From an uncultured bacterium (lineage in GTDB: Bacteria > Patescibacteriota > Minisyncoccia > UBA6257 > 2-01-FULL-56-20): DNA of 64,000 nt. The position numbers and the translations under genes were made by a program. Positions within the stretch are counted from its first letter, which is position 1, and each line of letters starts with the position of its first letter. A model generated the notes under the pieces. That model was not told where the DNA came from, did no database searches, and saw only the letters and a program-made list of their open reading frames with translations. Location: assembly GCA_963707865.1 (NCBI GenBank), contig OY970175.1, positions 556,011 to 620,010 on the forward strand, read 5' to 3'. This document shows positions 39,128 through 48,132 of this stretch, piece by piece.

Positions 39128-40420
39128 CTAGAACCGCTTTTTGATCTCGTCCACGACTTTGTGCCGCGGCACCGCTTCCTGCAGTCCGGTTTTTAAATCG
39201 CGAACGATAACGCTGCCCTCGTAAATCTCCTTTTGGCCAAGAATGAGCGCGAGTTCAATCCCTTCCTTATTCGCGGTCTTCAGCTGTGCCGCGAGTGATT
39301 CCTTCGCAAGCACTTCGGAAACGGCGATGCCGCGTGCACGCAGTTCCTTCAAAAGGCCGAATGATTTCTGCTTCGCCAAATCGCCCGCGTGTACAAGAAA
39401 CACCCTTTTTTGGGCCCGCGCAGGCAGGGCAATCGCCTTTGCCTTCATAACGGTAATCAGGCGCTCCACGCCGCATGCGGCGCCGACGGCAGGAGTGAGA
39501 TGCCCTCCAATCGTCTCCATCAGATAATCGTAGCGGCCACCAGCCGGAAGCGCACCGATTTCGGCCTCCTTCCCATCGGCATACATTTCAAACACCGTCC
39601 GACTGTAATAGTCCAGTCCGCGCACCAAGTGGTTATCAAGCTCGTACGGGATTGCCGCTTCCTCAAGATATTCGAGAACTGATTTGAAATGCTCGGCGCA
39701 CGTCGCACACAGCTTGTCCAAAAAGATTGGCGCCTTCTCCTTCAGTTGCATGCAATCCTCTTCCTTGCAATCCAAGAGGCGTAAGGGGTTCGTCGCGAGC
39801 CGCTTCTTGCAATCCTCACACAATTCCTTCTCATGATTCTTGTAATAGTTCACAAGCTGTTTCTTGTATAGCGGGCGGCACACGCGGCAGCCGATGGAAT
39901 TTATCTTCAGTGTGAAATTCTTTATCTTGAGTTCGTAAAGGAGATCCACGCAGACAGAGATGGTCTCCGCGTCATAGATCGGATCGTTCGGCCCGGCAAG
40001 CGTTTCGAAACCGATCTGCGTAAATTGGCGATAGCGGCCGAGCTGCGGCCGATCGTGCCGGAAGACAGGGCCGAAGTGGAAAAGCTTCTGCGGCTGGCCG
40101 AGGCGACTTAAGCCGTTTTCGAGGTAGGCGCGCGCGATACCGGGGGTATATTCGGGACGGAGCGCGAGCACATCACCACCCTTCGTACGCAACGTATACA
40201 TTTCTTTCGCGACCACGTCGCTCGCTTCACCGGACGTTTTATTATAGAGGTCCGCAAACTCCAAGACCGGTGTCTCTATCCGCGCGAACCCGTAGGACCG
40301 CGCAAGGTCCTTCACTGCGCTTTCAATCCGCTCCCAATAAGGCTGGTCGGCAGGCAGCACGTCGTGCATACCCGTCGGGGCACGAAAGGTCCTCGCCCCC
40401 TGCTTTTCATTAGTTTTCAT
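39128..40420 (-). CDS. hisS: histidyl-tRNA synthetase
   Basis: Class-II aaRS motifs (FRHDRPQLGRYRQF, GGRYD) and the C-terminal anticodon-binding domain. Confidence 0.9.
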   Translation of the reverse strand: MKTNEKQGARTFRAPTGMHDVLPADQPYWERIESAVKDLARSYGFARIETPVLEFADLYNKTSGEASDVVAKEMYTLRTKGGDVLALRPEYTPGIARAYLENGLSRLGQPQKLFHFGPVFRHDRPQLGRYRQFTQIGFETLAGPNDPIYDAETISVCVDLLYELKIKNFTLKINSIGCRVCRPLYKKQLVNYYKNHEKELCEDCKKRLATNPLRLLDCKEEDCMQLKEKAPIFLDKLCATCAEHFKSVLEYLEEAAIPYELDNHLVRGLDYYSRTVFEMYADGKEAEIGALPAGGRYDYLMETIGGHLTPAVGAACGVERLITVMKAKAIALPARAQKRVFLVHAGDLAKQKSFGLLKELRARGIAVSEVLAKESLAAQLKTANKEGIELALILGQKEIYEGSVIVRDLKTGLQEAVPRHKVVDEIKKRF

Positions 40421-40421
40421 T

Positions 40422-40973
40422 TTACTTATATTGCGGCGCTGCGAACGCGGTCACGTCGGTGGGCGGCCACAACCGGACGCGCACGAGGCCAACGATATTC
40501 TTCGCGGGCAGCGCCTTCCACATACGCGAATCATAACTGGCGGGCCGGTTGTCGCCGAGGAGCACATACGTGCTGGAAGACAGCGTGAAATCGTAACTCC
40601 CCGACGTGTCCGTCCCTTTCGGCAAATAGGACTCGTCAAGCACAAATCCCTGCGGGTGATCGGCATTGAACACCGTAATCGTATCGTTCTTAATCGTGAC
40701 GCGCTCGTTCGGCAGGCCGATGACGCGCTTGATAAAATAGGTGGAATAATCCTGCGGGTCGTGGAATACGACCACTTCTCCGCGCTCCGGCGCGCGCAGG
40801 TCATACGTGAGCTCGTCCACAAGGACGTAATCGCCGTTTGAAAAATTCGGTGACATGCTTGAACCGCTCACAAGGAAGGGCTGCACAAGAAACGTGCGCA
40901 CAAGGAAGACGGCGCCCACGGCGATCACGGCGACCTCAAGCACCTCCAAAAAAGCAGCGAAGAACTTTCTCAT
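40422..40973 (-). CDS. lepB: signal peptidase I
   Basis: GSSMSPNF (catalytic Ser) and GDYVLVD...RVIGLPNE (S26 boxes). Confidence 0.8.
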   Translation of the reverse strand: MRKFFAAFLEVLEVAVIAVGAVFLVRTFLVQPFLVSGSSMSPNFSNGDYVLVDELTYDLRAPERGEVVVFHDPQDYSTYFIKRVIGLPNERVTIKNDTITVFNADHPQGFVLDESYLPKGTDTSGSYDFTLSSSTYVLLGDNRPASYDSRMWKALPAKNIVGLVRVRLWPPTDVTAFAAPQYK

Positions 40974-41016
40974 GTAGTACTCATTATATCCCGCGCATTA
41001 TGGTAAAATCAAGCCA

Positions 41017-41556
41017 ATGAAAACGGAGAAGACGATCCTCGTGGGTCTCGGCAATCCCGGACCGGAATTTGAAAACACGTACCACAACGTGGGCCGTGCC
41101 GCCCTCGCTGCGATCGCGCGGCGGCTTCCGAACGGCGAATCCCTCACGTGGAAAACGCACAAAAAGCTATTCCGCTACGCCGCCGGGAGCACTACGGTGC
41201 TTGTGGCGCCGCTTATATTCATGAACGAATCCGGCAGGGCGGTGCGGGAAGCGATAAAGAAATTCAAGGCGGCGCCGGAGGATCTCGTCGTCATCCACGA
41301 TGAGAGCGATCTACCCGTTGGAACGTATAAAATATCGTTCGGAAGAGGTTCTGCGGGTCACAAGGGAATCCAGTCAATCATGGACACGCTCCGCACGAAT
41401 CGCTTCACTCGCATTCGCGTCGGCATCCGCGAAGCGGGCGAAAAAAAACGCAGGAAAGCATCCGCGTTCGTCCTTGCAAAAATAACTCCGAAGGACCAGA
41501 TCGTCTTTGCCGCGTTGTTCTCTCTGATCGCCCGCGGGCTTCCTCACTGCCCCTAG
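41017..41556 (+). CDS. pth: peptidyl-tRNA hydrolase
   Basis: LVGLGNPGPEFENTYHNVG. Confidence 0.85.
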   Translation: MKTEKTILVGLGNPGPEFENTYHNVGRAALAAIARRLPNGESLTWKTHKKLFRYAAGSTTVLVAPLIFMNESGRAVREAIKKFKAAPEDLVVIHDESDLPVGTYKISFGRGSAGHKGIQSIMDTLRTNRFTRIRVGIREAGEKKRRKASAFVLAKITPKDQIVFAALFSLIARGLPHCP

Positions 41557-41589
41557 GAACCGGTGGACGGAGATTCCCGTAACCCGGGA

Positions 41590-43089
41590 TTAGTGGGCAT
41601 GCGAAAAAGTCATGGAAAAGGAAGTAGTGAGGCCGTTCGTTTGCACCTGTCCCAATGGAAGGTTGACGGAACTGAAATCGGAATCGCTCTTGAGCGCCGT
41701 TTCAAACGCAAGGATCGCATCCTGCGTCCGCGCGGTCCCCGAGAGCGCGATAGGAGTGCCCATGGACTGAAACGCAACGTGGTTCACGGTCACTTGATTG
41801 CTCCCTGCGATATCCAAGATTTTTTTCAAAATGACGCCCTTAGGGGCCGCGGCGTTCAGGGCGGCGGCGACGAGCGCCACGGAACCGTTGAAACCGCTGG
41901 CAGTTGCCTGCAGTGCGGTGGTTTCCGCAACCTGCGCGCTGCTCAAATTAAATGAGGAACGTGATTCAATGGTCGTCTTTGTTTCCGAGAGGAATATATC
42001 TGCTCCTGCGAAGGTAACAACGAGAAGCAATAGGGCGGCGGGAATGGCGACGCGCCAAAATCGCATAAAGCCCAGAAGTTCCTCCCCGCGGAACTTGTCT
42101 TGCAACTCCTTTCCCAAGAGGTTGATCTCGCGGTCCTTCACTTTGAACCCCGACTCGCGCAAACTGCATCCGAGCGCGGTAAACCATGCCGACGAAACCG
42201 GCTGGCCCATCGTGAGCATGCAACGTACCGCAGGAACCGAGGCGCTCTCCGTGATGACACGCTCGGTCTCCGCTTCTAAAACCACGGCGGAAAAGATGAT
42301 CGCATCCAAAGATCCGGCCCAGTGCTGGTAATAAAAATTTATGACGCGCCGCACGCTTGCCCCGAGCGTTTCTTCGAATTTTGGAACGGAGATCTCCCCT
42401 TTGTCATTCATAAGATCCTGCCATGGAACCGCGTATTCAAAATATGGCACGCCCTTGCGAATGATCGCGAAATCCAGTCCGGCATCATCAATGTTCACAA
42501 AGAGGTAGGACTTTGCCATGTCAATGCCAGCCCCTTTTTCACGGAGCAGCCGCGCGAGCGCAAACGCCCGTGATTCCACCGCCGTTATGATGAATCCCGC
42601 CTCAAAAAACGCTTCCGCCATCCCATCCACCACGCCGCGTTCAATAAACGCAGAGAGGATCTGAAGCTGCAACGTGTTCTCGTCACGTCCCACAAACTCC
42701 CAGTCCGAATATGCCTCGTCTGCCTCAAGCGGCGAAGTCATCTTGAGGTTCAACTCCACCGCCCTTTCCAAATCCTTTCCCTTAACCGCGGGGAGTGCGA
42801 ATACCTGCGTATAGGTTTCCGCGGAATTGAAACATACCGCCACGCTCATTTTCCCCTTTCTTCCTTTCTTTTGCGCTTGTTCCTTAAGCGCCATGAGCGC
42901 CGCGACAAATCCCTTGCGGTCGGCAATCCTTCCTCCCTTCACTACGCCGGGCTCAAGGCGCACCGCATGCATCTGCCAAGCTTTCCCGTCAAAACGCACG
43001 AGCCGCACCACTTGATCGCTTACGGAAAGTCCCGCGGCCGCCGAATGGACGCGAAGAAGTAAAAGTAATTTTTGGAACCAGCGTTGCAT
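41590..43089 (-). CDS. type IV pilus assembly protein PilM fused to PilN (and possibly PilO)
   Basis: N-terminal actin-like PilM region, then INLLGKE (the PilN INLLP motif), a TM segment and a periplasmic tail. The start is at the internal ATG (MQRWFQ) because the track start lies inside the upstream palindrome. Confidence 0.6.
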   Translation of the reverse strand: MQRWFQKLLLLLRVHSAAAGLSVSDQVVRLVRFDGKAWQMHAVRLEPGVVKGGRIADRKGFVAALMALKEQAQKKGRKGKMSVAVCFNSAETYTQVFALPAVKGKDLERAVELNLKMTSPLEADEAYSDWEFVGRDENTLQLQILSAFIERGVVDGMAEAFFEAGFIITAVESRAFALARLLREKGAGIDMAKSYLFVNIDDAGLDFAIIRKGVPYFEYAVPWQDLMNDKGEISVPKFEETLGASVRRVINFYYQHWAGSLDAIIFSAVVLEAETERVITESASVPAVRCMLTMGQPVSSAWFTALGCSLRESGFKVKDREINLLGKELQDKFRGEELLGFMRFWRVAIPAALLLLVVTFAGADIFLSETKTTIESRSSFNLSSAQVAETTALQATASGFNGSVALVAAALNAAAPKGVILKKILDIAGSNQVTVNHVAFQSMGTPIALSGTARTQDAILAFETALKSDSDFSSVNLPLGQVQTNGLTTSFSMTFSHAH

Positions 43090-43100
43090 AGTTTGGTAGT

Positions 43101-43266
43101 TAGACCCCATCCCCAAAATAGACCACACGACTCTTATGGCCATTTTCGGCTGCGAAACGTGAGTCCCTCCTCGCAATACCACAAGGTATTCCTTCGTCGG
43201 GATTCACGTTTCTCGCTCGAAAATGGTTCATAATCCTCATGTGCCTATTTTTGGGATGGGGTCTAG
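43101..43266. repeat. about 165-bp near-perfect palindromic element, copy A (between pilMN and pilC)
   Basis: Outer arms TAGACCCCATCCCCAAAATAG / CTATTTTTGGGATGGGGTCTAG, inner arms GAAACGTGAGTCCC / GGGATTCACGTTTC. The core of about 85 bp recurs at 44517-44600. Confidence 0.6.
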
Positions 43267-44468
43267 AAAGAACTCGTGAGCTGGTAGATCGGCACAATGA
43301 TGGAAAGCGCGATGGTCACCACGATCAATCCCATACCCAGGAGAAGAATGGGCTCCAAGAGTGACACGAGCGTCTGGATGCTGCTATCAATGTTCGCACC
43401 GTAGAAATCGGCGAGGGTGGCGAGCACCTCGTCCAAGTGACCCGCCTTTTCCGAGATGGCGATCAGATTGCTCAACGTTTTCGGGAAGACCGCCTCGCGC
43501 TTGAACGATTCCCCGATCGTAAGGCCTTTCGCCAAACCTTCATTCGCAACCCGCATGAGCGCATATTGATAATCGCGGTGATTCACGGTTTCCGCCGCGA
43601 CCGTGATGGTTTCAATAATAGGCAATCCCGCCTTGATGAGCGAACTGATTGTAGAGGCCATGCGCTGCACCCCAAGGTCGTTGTAAACTTTCCGAATGAC
43701 AGGAAGATTCGCCAAGATGCGATGAAGGATCCTTTTTCCTGTCTCCGTCTTTTGTGCCCCCACCACGCACACGATGATCGCTGTAATTAAAATCGCGTAG
43801 ATCGGCACGATATTTGCGCCGACGAAAAGCCCGACGCCGAAGACGATGCGCGAGAAAAGCGGCGCACTGATGCCTCCTCCTGAAAATGCCGCGGCGAGTT
43901 TCGGCAACGCAAAGGTGACAAGAAACGTAAGGATAGCGGCTGCCATGCACAAAACAACCACCGGATAGATGAGCGCCGCGCGGATTTTGGATTTTAACTC
44001 CGCATCGCGCTCAAGCGAAACGGAAAGGTCTTCAAAGGTCTTCTCCAAGTTGCCGGAAATCTCTGCGGCTTTGACCAAATTCACGAATGTCGGCGAAAAA
44101 GCCTCCGGATGCCTCGCAAACGATTCGTAGAACGGCTGGCCGCGGCTCAAACTGTCGTACACTTCAAGGAGAAAGTTCTTGATGGAAGGCTTGTCAAAAT
44201 CCGCGATGAGGATGTTCACTGCGGAAAGAAGGTCGGTGCCCACGCGCAGCATAAGCGCAAGGTATTTGGTCAAAAACACCTCGTCGGACGTAGTGATGCC
44301 TCCCCAAAACCTCGGCGCGCCGAACCTGCCACGCTTCAATGCTTTGACCGAGATCGGGCGGAGCTCTTTTCCTGAAAGATAGTGCAGAACGTCGTCAAGC
44401 GTCCCCGCATCAAAATCGGCTTCTTGCGTCTCTCCGGAGCGGTCCACGGCGACATAATGATAGAGCAT
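43263..44468 (-). CDS. pilC: type IV pilus / T2SS platform protein (GspF/PilC family)
   Basis: 401 aa, two GspF repeats, three TM segments. Confidence 0.85.
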   Translation of the reverse strand: MLYHYVAVDRSGETQEADFDAGTLDDVLHYLSGKELRPISVKALKRGRFGAPRFWGGITTSDEVFLTKYLALMLRVGTDLLSAVNILIADFDKPSIKNFLLEVYDSLSRGQPFYESFARHPEAFSPTFVNLVKAAEISGNLEKTFEDLSVSLERDAELKSKIRAALIYPVVVLCMAAAILTFLVTFALPKLAAAFSGGGISAPLFSRIVFGVGLFVGANIVPIYAILITAIIVCVVGAQKTETGKRILHRILANLPVIRKVYNDLGVQRMASTISSLIKAGLPIIETITVAAETVNHRDYQYALMRVANEGLAKGLTIGESFKREAVFPKTLSNLIAISEKAGHLDEVLATLADFYGANIDSSIQTLVSLLEPILLLGMGLIVVTIALSIIVPIYQLTSSF

Positions 44469-44491
44469 GATCTTATTGTACCAGAACCTAC

Positions 44492-44634
44492 ATCAAAAGT
44501 AGGATTCGTCTATTCCGTGTCAGTTTCGAGCGAGAAAGGTGAATCCCGACGAAGCTGTAGCCATGCCTACTGCGAGGAGGAATTCGCCTTTCGTAGCCGA
44601 AACTGGCCGGAAGAGGCGATTGATCTACTTTTGA
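44492..44634. repeat. palindromic element, copy B (between pilC and pilB), inverted relative to copy A
   Basis: The reverse complement of 44517-44600 aligns nearly base-for-base with 43150-43225 (...TTCGTCGGGATTCACnTTTCTCGCTCGAAA). It has its own outer arms, ATCAAAAGTAG / CTACTTTTGAT. Confidence 0.6.
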
Positions 44635-44643
44635 TATAGGTTC

Positions 44644-46359
44644 TCATTCGCGTATCACGCGGAGCACTTCTTCCAATGTCGTGAGCGCAAGCTCGGCTTT
44701 CTGAATGCCGTCTTCAAACATTGTCTTCGCGCCTTCCTTTCTCGCGACGGCGCGCAGGTTCTCAAGATTGAAATTTTCCGCGGTGATGACCCCTTTCACG
44801 GCATCGGTCACGCGGAGTAATTCAAAAATGCCAAGGCGGCCGCGATACCCCGTCATCCCGCAGGAGCTGCATCCTTTCCCACGATAAAGGGTCTTTGGTG
44901 TAAACATGGCATCTTCCGGCACGCCAAGCTCGTGTAATTGGATCCGAACGGTCCGGGCGACATCGGGACCGGCGTCATACGAATAGATACAGGCTGGACA
45001 AACGCGCCGGACGAGGCGCTGGGCAATAATGAGGTTCAGCACCGATCCGGCAAGAAACGGCGGCACTTTTAGATCAAACAGGCGCGGGACTGCGGTGGGA
45101 GCATCGTTCGTGTGGAGCGAGGAAAGAAAAAGGTGGCCGGTCAAGGCCGCTTGGACAGCGATGTCGGCGGTTTCCGCATCGCGGATTTCACCGACCATGA
45201 TGATGTTCGGATCCTGCCGGAGGAGTGCGCGGAGTCCCGATGCGAACGTGACCCCTGCCTGCGTGTTGACCTGCGTCTGGTTCACGTAGCGCATGTTATA
45301 TTCAATTGGGTCCTCAATGGTCACCACATTCACCTGCGGCTTGTTCAGAATGTTCATAAGCGCATAGAGTGTCGTCGTTTTCCCGGAGCCGGTCGGACCA
45401 CAAGAAAGCACCATGCCATAGGCCTTCTTGAGTTCTTCTTTCGCTGCAGCGGCATCTCCTGCCGCCATGCCTATTTCTTCAAGCGAAAGAGGTTTTTGTG
45501 ACGACGTGAGCACCCGCATCTCCGCCTTTTCCCCATAAAATGTGGGCATCACGGAAACGCGCACGTCAGTCAACTCGTTCCCCACCTGCTCCCTGAACCG
45601 CCCGTCTTGCGGCTCGTAGTGTTCATCAATCTTGAGACCCGCCAAAAGCTTGATACGCGCGACGATCGCGGGATGGATGGTCTTCGATACGTTCATCACT
45701 TCGTAGAGAATGCCGTCAATGCGATACCGTATGAACATTGATTCTTCCAATACTTCTATATGGATGTCCGAGGCTCGCGAAGCAATCGCGTAGGAGAGGA
45801 TGTTGTCCACAATAGCGACAATAGGAAGATCTCCCGCTGCTTCTTCGGCACTCTTCGCCCGCGCCGCAAGCGACGCTTTGACATTCTCTCCGATGAGCTT
45901 TTTGAAATCCTGACCGAGCTCGTAGCCGAAAACCGAAAAACCGCGATTGAGATCTTCTTCGGTAGCAAGAAATGGTTTGACTTTCGCTTTCAGGCGCTGT
46001 GCGAGGAATTCTATCGTCTCAAGGTTGGATGGATCCCTCATGGCAACGTCGTATGTCCCGTCGGCTTCCTTGGCGAAGAGGACGACCTGGCGCTGGCGCG
46101 CGATATCTTCCGGAATGAGTTTTAGCACGTCGTTCTCCACTTTCTGCACACTGAAATCAACGCGCGGGACGCCAAGCGCTTTCGCCACAAGGTTGTTCAA
46201 ATAATCCGCGGTGGTGAACTGTTCCGAAATAAGCACGTCAAGGATATTCTGGCTCTTCCTCTCGGCTTCGGCAAAAAGCTCGTCAAATTTTTCCGCCGAG
46301 ATAAGCCCTTCGTCAACAATCAGTTTCTTAAGCTGGAGCGGCGGAAGTGGTAATCGCAT
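44644..46359 (-). CDS. pilB: type IV pilus assembly ATPase (GspE/PilB family)
   Basis: Walker A GPTGSGKTTT, Asp/His boxes, and a C-terminal tetracysteine (CPAC...CSSC). Confidence 0.9.
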   Translation of the reverse strand: MRLPLPPLQLKKLIVDEGLISAEKFDELFAEAERKSQNILDVLISEQFTTADYLNNLVAKALGVPRVDFSVQKVENDVLKLIPEDIARQRQVVLFAKEADGTYDVAMRDPSNLETIEFLAQRLKAKVKPFLATEEDLNRGFSVFGYELGQDFKKLIGENVKASLAARAKSAEEAAGDLPIVAIVDNILSYAIASRASDIHIEVLEESMFIRYRIDGILYEVMNVSKTIHPAIVARIKLLAGLKIDEHYEPQDGRFREQVGNELTDVRVSVMPTFYGEKAEMRVLTSSQKPLSLEEIGMAAGDAAAAKEELKKAYGMVLSCGPTGSGKTTTLYALMNILNKPQVNVVTIEDPIEYNMRYVNQTQVNTQAGVTFASGLRALLRQDPNIIMVGEIRDAETADIAVQAALTGHLFLSSLHTNDAPTAVPRLFDLKVPPFLAGSVLNLIIAQRLVRRVCPACIYSYDAGPDVARTVRIQLHELGVPEDAMFTPKTLYRGKGCSSCGMTGYRGRLGIFELLRVTDAVKGVITAENFNLENLRAVARKEGAKTMFEDGIQKAELALTTLEEVLRVIRE

Positions 46360-46376
46360 AGTTATATAATACCAAA

Positions 46377-46408
46377 CCAGCCGTAGTTTCAGAAGAAACT
46401 ACGGCTGG
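46377..46408. repeat. copy 2 of the CCAGCCGTAGTT hairpin family (between the pilin gene and pilB)
   Basis: CCAGCCGTAGTTTC agaa GAAACTACGGCTGG is a perfect 14-bp stem. Confidence 0.5.
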
Positions 46409-46433
46409 ATGGATTTTGTTCAACCAAAGACCC

Positions 46434-47117
46434 CTACAGGCTGCTTATGGTCGTCCCCGCTTCGTAGACGTACGAATTGAGGCCACCGTCATTGGAAGTC
46501 ACGGCACTGCCGCCCCCCTCCGCGAATTTTGCGCTCTCCATAAAGGCAGCGAGTTTGTAATTCGAGCCACTCATGATGTAGCTGTAGAAAAGAGAACAGT
46601 TCGAAATGGTAACCGAACTGTTCAGCCCGCTACAACCACTGGTGCCTCCGGAGTTTATCGAATCAATTGGTTCCTGCCCGATCGGCGAGCCGGAGCTGAT
46701 GGCCGAGAAGTTTATCGGAAGCCAGCCGGTGAGGGCACCGGAACCAGGCATACTAGTGATGCCCCTTGACGAAGTCGCCACGACACTCGCTGCAGTTACC
46801 ATCCAGTTTGTACATTGCGCAGTGGTAGGAGCGCTCCAAGTCGCGTTGGTGCTGGATATGGTAGCAAAGGTTGTAGTCGCAAGGCTTATGTAGCAAACCG
46901 TTGATGTCCCGATAGCCGTAGATGACACATCCACAAGATAGAGCGAAATAGCGCTTCTCAAGGTTGCCATATCCGAGATGCGGTTAGAATCCCTCGCTTG
47001 GCGCAAAAGCTCCACCGGGTTGAGGGACAGAATGACGACAACCGACAAAATCGCAATGATTGCGATCACGATCAGAAGTTCAATGAGAGTAAAGCCCTTT
47101 TGGTTCTTATGTTTCAT
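46434..47117 (-). CDS. type IV pilin / pseudopilin (prepilin N-terminal methylation motif)
   Basis: MKHKNQKGFTLIELLIVIAIIAIL is a class-III signal peptide. The body is Ser/Thr-rich. The track ORF starts 37 codons earlier, inside rluA. Confidence 0.75.
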   Translation of the reverse strand: MKHKNQKGFTLIELLIVIAIIAILSVVVILSLNPVELLRQARDSNRISDMATLRSAISLYLVDVSSTAIGTSTVCYISLATTTFATISSTNATWSAPTTAQCTNWMVTAASVVATSSRGITSMPGSGALTGWLPINFSAISSGSPIGQEPIDSINSGGTSGCSGLNSSVTISNCSLFYSYIMSGSNYKLAAFMESAKFAEGGGSAVTSNDGGLNSYVYEAGTTISSL

Positions 47118-47224
47118 ACACTTTGTCTGATAAAAGCGACCTTTTAAGGACCAATTCATTATAACAACCTTCGCGGAAGTATGGAAAGGCTGGGTGGGGA
47201 TAACAGCTGTGGATAACTGGCGCG

Positions 47225-48001
47225 TCATTCACGGGCGCCGTTTGACTCTTTCGTGGGCAAGTCGTTCCAAAGACCTCCCGGCGGCTCAGCTTCAAATTTC
47301 ATGCGCGCCCCGCTTGCCGAGGTAAACTCTATGGAAAGCGCGTGCAGCATCAAGCGCTTCGCCCACGACGGCTGCGCCTTCGGGCCGTAGAGGCGGTCTC
47401 CGACCACGGGGAGGCCCACGCTTGCAAGATGAACGCGGATCTGGTGCGTACGTCCCGTCTTTGGATTCACCAAGAGGAGGGAGTACTTCGCTTCCGCGCC
47501 GCCACTTTCATTTTGGCCTCTCTTTAACTCCCCACGTGCGCCCGCAGAAGTTTTTGTAAATGTCATAATGACGCGGTATTCCGTGATGGCGGGCTTTGCC
47601 ATTTTCGCGGAGCTGACACTCCGTTTCGTCGTCCCGTTCCGGATCCCAATCGGCGCGTCAATCGTCCCATGTTTTTGGTGCGGCACACCCGCAACTACTG
47701 CGAGATACGTCTTCAGAACCTCGTGCTCTTGGAAAAGCGATTTGAGATATTCAAAACTTTTTTGGTTTCGGGCGACAAGCATGACGCCAGAAGTTTCTCT
47801 GTCAAGCCGGTGCACGATTCCAGGCCGGAGCGCGGGATTGTCGCCGACCGTTCTCACTTCCGGATAATGCGCGGTAAGCCAATCAACGAGCGTAGGCTCT
47901 GAGGCACCGGATTTTTTTGCGGCGTGCACCTGTAATCCCGCTGGCTTCATGATCGCGAGAAAATTTTTGTCTTCGTAGATAATAGTAGGTTCAAGTATCA
48001 C
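47225..48001 (-). CDS. RluA-family pseudouridine synthase
   Basis: HRLDRETSGVMLVA (catalytic Asp motif). Confidence 0.85.
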   Translation of the reverse strand: MILEPTIIYEDKNFLAIMKPAGLQVHAAKKSGASEPTLVDWLTAHYPEVRTVGDNPALRPGIVHRLDRETSGVMLVARNQKSFEYLKSLFQEHEVLKTYLAVVAGVPHQKHGTIDAPIGIRNGTTKRSVSSAKMAKPAITEYRVIMTFTKTSAGARGELKRGQNESGGAEAKYSLLLVNPKTGRTHQIRVHLASVGLPVVGDRLYGPKAQPSWAKRLMLHALSIEFTSASGARMKFEAEPPGGLWNDLPTKESNGARE

Positions 48002-48132
48002 AGTATGAAAGGGTTATAAAATCTCCGGCCGCCACAGTTCAAATGCAACCCCCATCGCAAATCGTATCAAAAGGTACATTATGAGCGCGCTCGCAGTAAC
48101 CACAATGAACAGCCGGTACTGCTTCCTCATTA

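Noticed and set aside
43100-43297. 65-aa ORF and the 32-codon N-terminal extension of pilMN lying inside the palindromic repeat
   Set aside because: Both are translations of the repeat element itself. The start at 43089 leaves the repeat fully intergenic.
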